Shown here piece after piece: positions 8,716 to 17,165 of a stretch of 23,193 nucleotides of DNA. Both the position numbers and the translations under genes were made by a program. The DNA comes from Candidatus Eiseniibacteriota bacterium (GTDB taxonomy: Bacteria > Arandabacterota > Arandabacteria > Arandabacterales > Arandabacteraceae). The stretch is taken from positions 1 to 23,193 of the forward strand of contig JBDRNT010000164.1 of assembly GCA_043810925.1 (NCBI GenBank). The letters run 5' to 3'. Each line of letters opens with the position of its first letter. Position 1 is the first letter of the stretch. The notes under the pieces are model-generated. The model did no database searches. It was not told the origin of the DNA and saw only the letters and a program-made list of their open reading frames with translations.

Positions 8716-9200
8716 GCAGTGCGCCTTTTGAGAAGATTGTGCTCTATGTGGACGCCACCGAGGCAGCCCTCGATGCGGCCCGCTACGCGGTGGCGCTCTC
8801 CAGGGCATATGGCGCCCGGCTACATGCTTTGTATGTGGTGAATGAGAAGATGCTCGAGGAACTGCTCAGTGCCAAGGTCTTTCTCGAGGAGGAGGAGGTC
8901 GATCTTGAACGTGATCTGGAAGAGGACGGCAGACGCTATCTTGCAGCCGTGGAGCGGCTTGCGGGGGAGAAGGGCGTCGATATAACGTCAGAGCTCCTCA
9001 AGGGCGTCGTGCACCGTGAAGTGGTAGATAAAGCTACCCACATGGGGGCGAGTCTTATTATTATTGGTGAGATTGAAGAGCCTATGAGCAGAAGGGATTC
9101 TTCTTTCGACGAAGGCGAGATGATTCTAAGGCTGGCAAAGTGTCCTGTGCTGACGGTGAAGGGAGACCAGTTGATAAGGACACTCTATGATTCAGCCTGA
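8712..9200 (+). CDS. Universal stress protein (USP family)
   Basis: 162 aa; FEKIVLYVD...AARYAVALS...LHALYVV at the N-terminus and LIIIG...ILRLAKCPVLTV at the C-terminus. ATGA overlap with atpD; SD-like GAGGTGAGG upstream. Confidence 0.9.
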   Translation: MSSAPFEKIVLYVDATEAALDAARYAVALSRAYGARLHALYVVNEKMLEELLSAKVFLEEEEVDLERDLEEDGRRYLAAVERLAGEKGVDITSELLKGVVHREVVDKATHMGASLIIIGEIEEPMSRRDSSFDEGEMILRLAKCPVLTVKGDQLIRTLYDSA

Positions 9201-9227
9201 GCGACATGCGTACTGTGGAGGTAGTGG

Positions 9228-9692
9228 GTGATGGTTTTACATAAGATAATAACCCCTCAGAGAGTCAAACTTGATATCTCCGATCTCGACAAATGGACCG
9301 TGATCGAAGACCTGGCGGCGCTAATAGCCGCGTCAAGTCAGAGCGACAAGGAAGTGCTTGTCACTGATACTCTCGACCGCGAAGAGAAAGGCAGCACCGG
9401 AATCGGAGAAGGTATCGCGATCCCGCATGCAAGAACGACCGGAGTGAGCGAGCTGGTCGGAGCGCTCGGCATATCCAAACAGGGCATCGACTTCGAGTCC
9501 GCCGACGGTAAACCATGCCATCTGATTTTCCTGATCCTTGCTCCGCCCGAGGAGTCAACCAGGTATCTGAAGGCCCTCTCGGCTGTGGCCTTCATCGGCA
9601 AGGATCCGGACCTTTTGTCGAGGCTGAAGTCAGCCGCGTCACCCGATGACGTCATAGCCATCCTGGGCGAAATTGAGGGAGGGAACCATTAG
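9228..9692 (+). CDS. Stand-alone PTS EIIA domain protein (Fru/Ntr-type, PtsN-like)
   Basis: REEKGSTGIGEGIAIPHAR (phospho-His motif), GIDFESADGKPCHLIFLI; SD GGAGG upstream. Start at GTG 9228 or ATG 9231. Confidence 0.92.
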   Translation: MMVLHKIITPQRVKLDISDLDKWTVIEDLAALIAASSQSDKEVLVTDTLDREEKGSTGIGEGIAIPHARTTGVSELVGALGISKQGIDFESADGKPCHLIFLILAPPEESTRYLKALSAVAFIGKDPDLLSRLKSAASPDDVIAILGEIEGGNH

Positions 9693-9701
9693 ACCCTCCG
9701 G

Positions 9702-10901
9702 GTGGCAGAGATGACTCCGAAAGAAAAGTCAATCCTCATCGCCGTGTCGGCCTGCCACGCGCTTACTCATGCATACATGCTGGTGTTCCCGACGATCTAC
9801 AAATCGCTGGGCACTTCTCTGAATCTGGAGTTTGCCGGAGTCGGCTTTGTGGGCATGGCGTCATACATGGCCTTCGGGTTCGGGGCGTTTCCGGCCGGAT
9901 TCCTGTCGGACAGGCTTGGTGCGAGGATGTTGCTGGTCCTCTGCATAGCCGGTACCACAGCTGCGTCGGTCCTGGTCTTCATCGTGACCACGCCCGTGGG
10001 AGTGGTGATCGCACTTGTGCTCATCGGTCTCTTTGCAAGCATGTATCATCCCGCGGCATTAAGCCTGCTCAGCACCTCGCTTAAGGAGATCGGCAAGGGG
10101 ATGGGGATACACGGCATGGGCGGGATGATCGGCGTTGCAGCCGCCCCGGTCGTTGCCGGATCGATAACAGCAAGATACGGCTGGACATACTCCTACCTGG
10201 TGCTCGGCGCCGTCGGTACGGTCCTTCTCGTGGTTCTTACCGCAGGTCTCGGTTTTCACAGGAGGTCCGCCACTGTGGCTGTCCGTGAGACATCTCAGGT
10301 CCGGGCACCGGCAGGCCAGGTAAAGAAATTGATCTTCATCTATCTTATCGGTGCAGTCTACGGTCTGATCTACCGGGGCATCATGACCTTCTTCCCGTCT
10401 TATCTCTCACAGCGCGTCCCATTCATAGGTGATGATGTAGGGCGGCTGGGTATGATTACCTCGGGGATACTCGTGGTATCGATCATAGGCCCGCTTCTCG
10501 GCGGGTATCTTGCCTCAAGCGCGAGGCGAATCGAGAGGAATCTGCTGCTGGTCTTCATCATGCTTGCTCTGCTTGCGGTCGGGTTCTATTTCGCAAGCGG
10601 TCTTCTCTTGATTCTGATTACCGCCCCCGCGGTGCTCTTGATTTTCGGGTTCCAGCCCCTGCAGAATACGCTGATCGCAAAGTCGTCTCAAGCGATGAAG
10701 CGGGGAACGGTCTACGGCATCAACTACACCGTCGCATTCGGAATCGGCGCTTTCGCCAGCGGTATCGGCGGGGTCTTCGGCGAGCGATTCGGCCTGCCGT
10801 CCATCTTCCTGCTCATGCTGGGCCTCAGTGTGGTCGAGATCATCCTCGTGACCGCCTCAAGGTCGATCAGAGGGAGGAGTGAACAAGATGGAGTGTCCTA
10901 A
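9702..10901 (+). CDS. MFS transporter, substrate unknown
   Basis: 399 aa with about 12 hydrophobic segments; motif A-like [17 protein letters not shown] and MYHPAA resemble Fsr-like MFS proteins. Confidence 0.9.
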   Translation: MAEMTPKEKSILIAVSACHALTHAYMLVFPTIYKSLGTSLNLEFAGVGFVGMASYMAFGFGAFPAGFLSDRLGARMLLVLCIAGTTAASVLVFIVTTPVGVVIALVLIGLFASMYHPAALSLLSTSLKEIGKGMGIHGMGGMIGVAAAPVVAGSITARYGWTYSYLVLGAVGTVLLVVLTAGLGFHRRSATVAVRETSQVRAPAGQVKKLIFIYLIGAVYGLIYRGIMTFFPSYLSQRVPFIGDDVGRLGMITSGILVVSIIGPLLGGYLASSARRIERNLLLVFIMLALLAVGFYFASGLLLILITAPAVLLIFGFQPLQNTLIAKSSQAMKRGTVYGINYTVAFGIGAFASGIGGVFGERFGLPSIFLLMLGLSVVEIILVTASRSIRGRSEQDGVS

Positions 10902-11082
10902 CTGGGAAAAGAACATGGCCGCCTGCAATTGCACCTATGAACCATGCGGCAAAAAGGGTAAGTGCTGTGAATGCATCGCCTATCACCGCCGGTCGGGTCA
11001 GCTGCCCGCATGCTATTTCCCGGATGACGTGGAGGCAACCTTCGACAGATCGATTGCGCGCTTCAAAGCCAGCGTGCAATAG
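10888..11082 (+). CDS. Small Cys-rich protein (DUF6485-like), probably metal-binding
   Basis: 64 aa with 8 Cys: [39 protein letters not shown] upstream of ATG 10888; overlaps the MFS stop. The DUF label is recalled, not searched. Confidence 0.8.
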   Translation: MECPNWEKNMAACNCTYEPCGKKGKCCECIAYHRRSGQLPACYFPDDVEATFDRSIARFKASVQ

Positions 11083-11103
11083 AAGACAGGCGGAGCATAT
11101 CCC

Positions 11104-12423
11104 GTGCGTATCCTAAGAGGTGCCATCGGTATCCTGACCTCGACCAGGGTCGGAGTTGCGGTGATGGCCGTTCTCGCTGTCTGGTCGCTTCTGGGTGCAG
11201 TGATACCCCAGGGAGGGGAACCCGATGCATACGTTGGCGCGTACGGCGAGTTACGGGGGCGGCTTGTGTTGGCCCTCGGGCTCAATGGTGTCTTTCACTC
11301 CGCCTACTTCGCGGGTCTCCTTATCTTTCTATGCATAATGGTCTTCGCGTGTTCACTCAAACGGCTGCCCCGGAAGATGCGGCTGGCTCACAGCCGTGAG
11401 TTCATATTCGATGAAGATCGCATCGCGGGGATGCCCAACCGGGGTGATCTCGTGCTCGATCATGATGAGGAGGAAAGCTGGCTTCACGTGGTCGATATAT
11501 GCAGACGCCGTCTTTACTCGGTGTCTCTGAGGGCCGGAGAGGCTCCGGAAGCCGGCGGGGCGCCTCACGCGGTATTCGCATCCAAGATGGGTCTGTCGCG
11601 ATACGGGAGTTTCATCCTTCATCTGAGTTTCATCTTTCTCCTCGCCGGCGGTATCTCCGGTACACGCCTGGGTTCAAGATATCTCGAAGAAGTCAGAGTT
11701 GGTGAGGACTTAACGTTGCGTGCCGGTGGCGACCAGTTCGCGGTCTCGGTAGAGGACTTCACTGTTGAGTTTGATGACAGGGACCGGGTTTCCGACTATG
11801 TCTGTGAGGTCTCATATCGTGACGAGCGCGATGGTCTGACCTGGTACCGCATACGGCCCAATCACCCGCTGAGGTACGTTGGAAACGAGGTTTTTCTTGT
11901 CTCTTTCAGTGAGGATCCATCCGTCCCTGAGGGTTTCGTTGTGTCGGTCTATGATTCGGCCGGACAGGTCATCCTGCCTCACTTCTTCGCGGGCGTATGC
12001 ATAGGCGACTACTATGAGGAACTCGGCGCCACCGTTAAGGCGGTCCATGGGGTTGTGCCCAGCCTGACACTGATCTTTGATGACGGCCGTGTTGAAACCC
12101 ACATCATTGAGCGTGACCCTTCCGCGGCCGGTGCGGGTGAAAGCCCCTACAGTTTTGTGCTCGTGCATGCAGTTCCTTCTCTTGCGGTCTTACTTGAGGT
12201 CGTGAGAGAACCGGGGCAGAGCCTTATCATCGGCGGGCTCGCGCTGCTGACCCTGGGGTCTTTTGTCTCGCTTTACTTGTCCCACAGGCGGATATGGTTT
12301 ATATTGATGCCGCTGCCCGGACAAAAGACACGGGTTGTCTTCGGGGGCCGGGCAAACCGGAATGGGGAAGGCTTCACCAGGGAATTCGAATCGATTAAGG
12401 ACACTCTCGATGAGCTCTCCTGA
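11104..12423 (+). CDS. resB: Cytochrome c biogenesis protein ResB/CcsB (System II)
   Basis: LLGAVIPQ, GLNGVFHSAYF, ACSLKR, YGSFILHLSF (conserved His), IRPNHPLRY, EPG...SLYLSHRRIW; adjacent to ccsA. Confidence 0.9.
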   Translation: MRILRGAIGILTSTRVGVAVMAVLAVWSLLGAVIPQGGEPDAYVGAYGELRGRLVLALGLNGVFHSAYFAGLLIFLCIMVFACSLKRLPRKMRLAHSREFIFDEDRIAGMPNRGDLVLDHDEEESWLHVVDICRRRLYSVSLRAGEAPEAGGAPHAVFASKMGLSRYGSFILHLSFIFLLAGGISGTRLGSRYLEEVRVGEDLTLRAGGDQFAVSVEDFTVEFDDRDRVSDYVCEVSYRDERDGLTWYRIRPNHPLRYVGNEVFLVSFSEDPSVPEGFVVSVYDSAGQVILPHFFAGVCIGDYYEELGATVKAVHGVVPSLTLIFDDGRVETHIIERDPSAAGAGESPYSFVLVHAVPSLAVLLEVVREPGQSLIIGGLALLTLGSFVSLYLSHRRIWFILMPLPGQKTRVVFGGRANRNGEGFTREFESIKDTLDELS

Positions 12424-13207
12424 TCTCGTGCTGGCGGTAATATCGGCCGGGGCCTACCTGCTGGCTCTGGTGTTTCTGAGCTTTGAGGCGGTGCTTTCGG
12501 GTAAGTCGCTGAGGCCGGTATGGACCACGCTCCTTGCCGCCGGCTTCGCCGTCCATACGGCGGCGCTCGTTACGAGAAGCACCCTCTCCGGTGAAGTTCC
12601 GTTCACCGATCTTTTCGAATACACGCTTTTTTTCAGCTGGGCAATGGTACTTGTCTATCTCGTGTTCTTCCGTAACCGCATGCCCGCCGTGGGCTCGCTG
12701 GCAATGCTTGTCGTGGTGTTTCTCCTGCTCGGCTCTTCATTCTTCTACTACTCCGATCCGGCCGGGGGCAGGATGCCGGCGCTTAAGAGCTACTGGCTTT
12801 ACATACATGTTTCGATTGCCGCACTGGGTGAGACGTTCTTCGCCATAGGTTTTGTGGCCAGCCTGATATACCTCGCGCGGTCACGGACGGCCGACCGTGA
12901 TTCGCTGAGGTCGCTGGACCAGCTGACGTACCGGGCAATAAGCATGGGGTTTCCGCTTTTCACAGCCGGAGCACTTGTTGCAGGTGCCATATGGGCAAAG
13001 CAGGCCTGGGGCGCATACTGGTCGTGGGATCCGAAGGAGGTGCTCTCGCTTGTGGTGTGGCTCGTCTATGCGGTCTATCTTCACGCACGTCTGGTGCGCG
13101 GCCTTAAGGGGAGGGTAGCCGCCGGTATATCGATCGCCGGTTTCATGCTTACTGTGTTCACGATATTCGGCACCCTCGTCTTCGGAGGTCTTCACTCCTA
13201 TGGCTAA
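12410..13207 (+). CDS. ccsA: Cytochrome c biogenesis heme synthase CcsA/ResC (System II)
   Basis: WWD motif WAKQAWGAYWSWDPKE; His motifs PALKSYWLYIHV, YLHAR and C-terminal GLHSYG. Start placed at ATG 12410 after TAAGGA; the ORF track starts at 12335. Confidence 0.95.
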   Translation: MSSPDLVLAVISAGAYLLALVFLSFEAVLSGKSLRPVWTTLLAAGFAVHTAALVTRSTLSGEVPFTDLFEYTLFFSWAMVLVYLVFFRNRMPAVGSLAMLVVVFLLLGSSFFYYSDPAGGRMPALKSYWLYIHVSIAALGETFFAIGFVASLIYLARSRTADRDSLRSLDQLTYRAISMGFPLFTAGALVAGAIWAKQAWGAYWSWDPKEVLSLVVWLVYAVYLHARLVRGLKGRVAAGISIAGFMLTVFTIFGTLVFGGLHSYG

Positions 13208-13601
13208 CCATGAGGTGGACAGGGCCGGCTGGGGTGGGATCAAGCGGCCACTCGGTTTTCTGGCCAGACACCGCTGGCTTCCGATGCTGGCATGGGCTAT
13301 CGCAATGTTTGCCGTCTCGTCGACTCCCAGACTCCAGTTCGAGGTGGAGAGGTTTCCCGGTTGCGACAAAGTCCTCCATTTCATAGAATACTCTATACTC
13401 GGAATCACTCTCAGGTATTGGTCGGCACGGTCCGGGAAATTCCTGGTCGGCGGTGGTATTGCATTCGGGGCGCTGGATGAGTTGCACCAGCTCTGGATCC
13501 CCGGGCGTTGCGCCAGCTTCTGGGACCTCGTGGCCGACGCCCTGGGTGTGACCTTCGGGTTTGTGATCTCGAGGTTCTTCTTACGTAAGGAAGCGATATG
13601 A
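13200..13601 (+). CDS. VanZ-like family membrane protein
   Basis: DKVLHFIEYSILG, GALDELHQLWIPGRCASFWDLVADALG. Confidence 0.88.
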   Translation: MANHEVDRAGWGGIKRPLGFLARHRWLPMLAWAIAMFAVSSTPRLQFEVERFPGCDKVLHFIEYSILGITLRYWSARSGKFLVGGGIAFGALDELHQLWIPGRCASFWDLVADALGVTFGFVISRFFLRKEAI

Positions 13602-14866
13602 GCCAGAAGTTTAAGGCAATGCGGGGTACACACGACATTCTCCCGGACGAAGCCCCCCTCTGGAGGGACGTCGAGAGCCGGTTCGTCGACCTCTGCTCAA
13701 GATACGGTTACAGCGAGATACGGACTCCTATTTTCGAGGCGACGGAACTGTTCGAACGCGGGACGGGTTTCGCGACCGATGTCGTCCAGAAGGAAATGTA
13801 TACCTTCCCGGACAAGAAGGGCAGGAACTTAAGCCTGCGGCCGGAGTCAACACCGGCGGTCGTCAGGGCCCACCTCGAACACAATCTGGGAAGGAAGGCG
13901 CGGGTCGCGAAATACTTCTACATGGGCCCCATGTTCCGGTATGACCGGCCCGGGGCGGGACGTTACCGGCAGTTCCACCAGGTCGGCATTGAAGTGATCG
14001 GGACATCGAGTCCGACTGCCGATGCAGAGACCATCCAGATTCTGTGGGAGTTTCTCAAAGGTATCGGGCTTGAGGGCCTCAAGATGAGGCTAAACACCCT
14101 CGGGTGCAAGCCCTGCAGGGTCAAGTACTCAGAGGTGCTGAGGGGTTTTCTCGAGGGGAGACTCGAAAGGCTTTGCGGTGACTGCCACGACAGGTTCGAG
14201 CGGAATCCCTTGAGGGTTCTCGACTGCAAGAACCGTGGATGCAGGGTTGTGATTGCGGAGGCCCCCGATGTGGCCACGATCCTGTGTGATGAATGCGTCG
14301 AGCACTTCGACCGGGTGAAGGGCTATCTTGAGATGGCAGGAATCGAGTTCTATGTTGATCCCAAGCTGGTGAGAGGGCTTGACTATTATACACGGACGGT
14401 TTTTGAGGTATTCCATGAGTCAGCCGGTGTCGACAGTTCCCTGGGGGGTGGTGGCAGGTACGATGAGCTGGTGGAGGGTGTCGGTGGACCGAGTACACCG
14501 GCCGTGGGCTTCTCCGCAGGTATGGAGCGAATAATCCTGGCTCTAAGAGCTGAGAAGACCGCTGATAGTATCGGTGGGGGCGTCGATGTCTATGTCGCAC
14601 CGGTGGGTGATGAGGCGACGGCGGTTGCCTATGAGCTTGCAGGCGAGTTGAGGAAGACCCATGCCGTCTGGCTGGAGTTCGACCAGAGGAAACTCGATCG
14701 CCAGTTGAGGAGTGCATCCAAGTTGGGTGCGCGGTTCACGGCGATCATCGGCTCCGATGAGATTGTGAGGAACGTTGTAAGGATCAAAGACATGAACTCA
14801 GGCGAACAGCATGAGGTCGACCGCGCAGATGTGGCGGCATGGCTTCGGGAGCAATGCGGAGGGTAA
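13598..14866 (+). CDS. hisS: Histidine--tRNA ligase
   Basis: RGTHDILP, LRPESTP, GPMFRYDRPGAGRYRQFHQVGIE, LVRGLDYYTRTVFE, GGGRYDEL. Confidence 0.98.
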   Translation: MSQKFKAMRGTHDILPDEAPLWRDVESRFVDLCSRYGYSEIRTPIFEATELFERGTGFATDVVQKEMYTFPDKKGRNLSLRPESTPAVVRAHLEHNLGRKARVAKYFYMGPMFRYDRPGAGRYRQFHQVGIEVIGTSSPTADAETIQILWEFLKGIGLEGLKMRLNTLGCKPCRVKYSEVLRGFLEGRLERLCGDCHDRFERNPLRVLDCKNRGCRVVIAEAPDVATILCDECVEHFDRVKGYLEMAGIEFYVDPKLVRGLDYYTRTVFEVFHESAGVDSSLGGGGRYDELVEGVGGPSTPAVGFSAGMERIILALRAEKTADSIGGGVDVYVAPVGDEATAVAYELAGELRKTHAVWLEFDQRKLDRQLRSASKLGARFTAIIGSDEIVRNVVRIKDMNSGEQHEVDRADVAAWLREQCGG

Positions 14867-14870
14867 GCAC

Positions 14871-16643
14871 TTGGGCGAGAGCATCAAAGGCTTGAAGCGT
14901 ACACACAGTTGCGGCCGGCTCGACCGCTCGGGACTGGGGCAGAAGGTCACGCTGATGGGATGGGTCAATCGCCGGAGGGATCACGGTGGTGTTGTCTTTA
15001 TCGATCTGAGGGACCGTGAAGGCTTGACCCAGGTTGTTTTCAAGCCCGAGAGACCCGAACTGATGGAAAAGGCAAGAGATCTCAAGCAGGAATACGTTGT
15101 TGCCGTCACGGGGACCGTCGAAGCTCGTCCCGACGATATGGTCAACAAGGATCTTAAAACCGGTGAAATTGAGGTTTGGGTGGATGAGCTGCGAATACTC
15201 AATGAATCAAGGACACCACCATTTGTCATAGAGGAGGAGGCTCAGGCCAACGAGGACTTGAGGTTCAAATACAGGTATCTCGATCTGAGGAACCGCGTCT
15301 TGAGGGACAACATTATCCTGAGACATCACGCCATGGCGGCGACCAGGGAGTGTCTCAACTCGCATGGCTTCCTTGAGATCGAGACACCTCTACTGGTCAA
15401 GCGCACACCCGAAGGGGCAAGGGACTTTCTGGTTCCAAGCAGACTCAGCCCCGGCAAGTTCTATGCCCTGCCGCAGTCACCCCAGCTCTACAAGCAGATG
15501 CTGATGGTAGCAGGTTTTGACAGGCAATACCAGTTGGCTAAGTGCTTGAGGGATGAGGACTTAAGATCTGACCGGCAGCCTGAGTTTACCCAGATAGACC
15601 TGGAAATGAGCTTCGCCGACGAAGAGGATGTATTCGGACTCGGTGAGACACTGATGCAGCATGTCTTTGAGAAGGTCAAGGGGATCAAGGTCGATACCCC
15701 GTTTCCGAGGATGACCCATGCCGAGAGCATGGCGAAGTACGGCACCGACAAGCCTGACTTGAGGTTCGGTCTTGAGATTGAGGACGTGAGTGACGTGGTC
15801 GCGGCGAGCGCCTCGGACATGCTCAAAGAGGCCGTCGCTGCCGGCGGCGCCTTTGCCATCGGGTCGTCCGAGGCGGCGGCGCTGTCGCGAAAGAACATAG
15901 AGGCTCTCGAGGAGGTCGCAAAGAAAGCCGGTGCGGCCGGGTTGGCTTGGGGTAAGGTCTCGGGTGAGGGGAAGGCCGGTGGTATACTGCGTTTCTTCGG
16001 TGAAGAGGGGATCGAAAGCCTCAAGCGTCTGTTCGGAGTGGAAAGCGACGGACTGTTTCTTATCGTCGCCGGGAAACGGGCCGGATCGCTTGCTGCCCTG
16101 GGTGCGGTACGGCTCAAGGTGGCGGAACTGGCGGAACTTGAGATGGACGATGCCCATCGCTTTTTGTGGATAACCGAGTTCCCGCTCTTTGAGTGGGATG
16201 AAGACCATGGCAGGTGGATGCCCTCTCACCATATGTTCAGCATGCCGTTTGATGAAGATATAGGATTCCTGGAGACAGACCCGGGAAAGGTGAGGGGCAG
16301 GGTGTACGACCTCGTCTATAACGGGGTCGAGTTCGGCTCGGGGAGCATAAGAAATCATCTCCGGGAGGTGCAGGAACGGGTGATGAAGGCCGCGGGATTT
16401 GACCGGGAGGAAGCAACACGAAGATTCGGGTTTCTTCTCGAGGCCTTCGAGTACGGAGCCCCGCCCCACGCTGGAATTGCCCTCGGCTTTGACCGTATTG
16501 TGATGAAACTGGCCGGACGCGACAGCATACGTGATGTGATCGCGTTCCCCAAGACCACGAGCGGGGCCTCACTCATGGATGAGTGTCCTTCCGAGATCGA
16601 CGACAGCGATCTCAAGGAACTTCACATAAAACTGAACAAATAA
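14871..16643 (+). CDS. aspS: Aspartate--tRNA ligase (bacterial type with GAD insert)
   Basis: RTHSCG, GWVNRRRDHGG, TPEGARDFLVPSR, ALPQSPQLYKQ, RQPEFTQIDLE, YGAPPHAGIALGFDR. Start placed at TTG 14871 after GGAGG (14858-14862); the ORF track starts at 14811. Confidence 0.98.
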   Translation: MGESIKGLKRTHSCGRLDRSGLGQKVTLMGWVNRRRDHGGVVFIDLRDREGLTQVVFKPERPELMEKARDLKQEYVVAVTGTVEARPDDMVNKDLKTGEIEVWVDELRILNESRTPPFVIEEEAQANEDLRFKYRYLDLRNRVLRDNIILRHHAMAATRECLNSHGFLEIETPLLVKRTPEGARDFLVPSRLSPGKFYALPQSPQLYKQMLMVAGFDRQYQLAKCLRDEDLRSDRQPEFTQIDLEMSFADEEDVFGLGETLMQHVFEKVKGIKVDTPFPRMTHAESMAKYGTDKPDLRFGLEIEDVSDVVAASASDMLKEAVAAGGAFAIGSSEAAALSRKNIEALEEVAKKAGAAGLAWGKVSGEGKAGGILRFFGEEGIESLKRLFGVESDGLFLIVAGKRAGSLAALGAVRLKVAELAELEMDDAHRFLWITEFPLFEWDEDHGRWMPSHHMFSMPFDEDIGFLETDPGKVRGRVYDLVYNGVEFGSGSIRNHLREVQERVMKAAGFDREEATRRFGFLLEAFEYGAPPHAGIALGFDRIVMKLAGRDSIRDVIAFPKTTSGASLMDECPSEIDDSDLKELHIKLNK

Positions 16644-16734
16644 CGGGGTCAGGTCTCCCGTGTCACCATTGGGGTGGGGGGAGCGTCTATAGATAGAGGA
16701 GGTCGGGGCCTTACTGAGCCGGTCTGATTTTCAC

Positions 16735-16764
16735 TTGACAACTATCTTCAGGCTTTGATAGATT
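16735..16764 (+). promoter_or_regulatory. Sigma70-type promoter for the lipoprotein/LysM unit
   Basis: Perfect TTGACA (16735-16740), 18-bp spacer, TGn-extended TAGATT (16759-16764), in an AT-richer intergenic segment. Confidence 0.6.
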
Positions 16765-16832
16765 AGCGCTGGTTCAAAGCAACTATCAAGTGTGACTGTT
16801 TTGAACATTACTTGAGAAGGGGGTGGTAAGCA

Positions 16833-17120
16833 ATGCTGAAAGGGCGGATCTGGGTAGTGGCGCTGTTGGCCGGCGCGCTGCTCATTGTATTTGCGGCGGG
16901 TTGTGGACCCAAGCCGCCTTGCCCAGTCGGAACCGAGGTGGTCAAAGAGGCTCAGATGCAGACTCAGCAGGTCGAAGGTGACCTCGCTGAGGCGGTCGCT
17001 GAGCGGGAGAGGCTTGAGAAGGAATTAAGTGATAAGCAAGCCGAGCTCCAGACTATGAGGGGCAAGCCGGACGAGTTGGAGAAGAAGCTCGAAGCCCTGA
17101 AGAAGGGTAGCGGGCGGTGA
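16833..17120 (+). CDS. Small coiled-coil lipoprotein of unknown function
   Basis: Basic N-terminus, hydrophobic core and lipobox-like FAAG-C24, then GPKPPCP and about 55 aa of heptad-like charged helix. G-rich SD upstream. Confidence 0.85.
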   Translation: MLKGRIWVVALLAGALLIVFAAGCGPKPPCPVGTEVVKEAQMQTQQVEGDLAEAVAERERLEKELSDKQAELQTMRGKPDELEKKLEALKKGSGR

Positions 17121-17165
17121 TATGGGCAGACCTATGCCTGATGGATTTCAAAGGAGCATATTGAA

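Noticed and set aside
8712-9692. USP and EIIA are in frame, suggesting a fusion
   Set aside because: They are separated by both TGA (9198-9200) and TAG (9222-9224), and EIIA has its own GGAGG SD.
13200-13601. VanZ-like gene as a glycopeptide resistance determinant
   Set aside because: No other van genes are present; VanZ-like proteins are widespread and this one sits in housekeeping context.
14174-14188. CxxCH motif (CGDCH) in HisRS, and CRQCH in RecO, as possible substrates of ResB/CcsA
   Set aside because: Both proteins are cytoplasmic with no signal peptide; these are Cys-pair metal-type motifs, and System II acts outside the membrane.
16644-16832. Possible 6S RNA downstream of aspS (position known from Bacillus; spacer is 189 bp)
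   Set aside because: I could not find the long end-to-end stem, and the 3' half is explained by a promoter and RBS. An Rfam scan would settle it.
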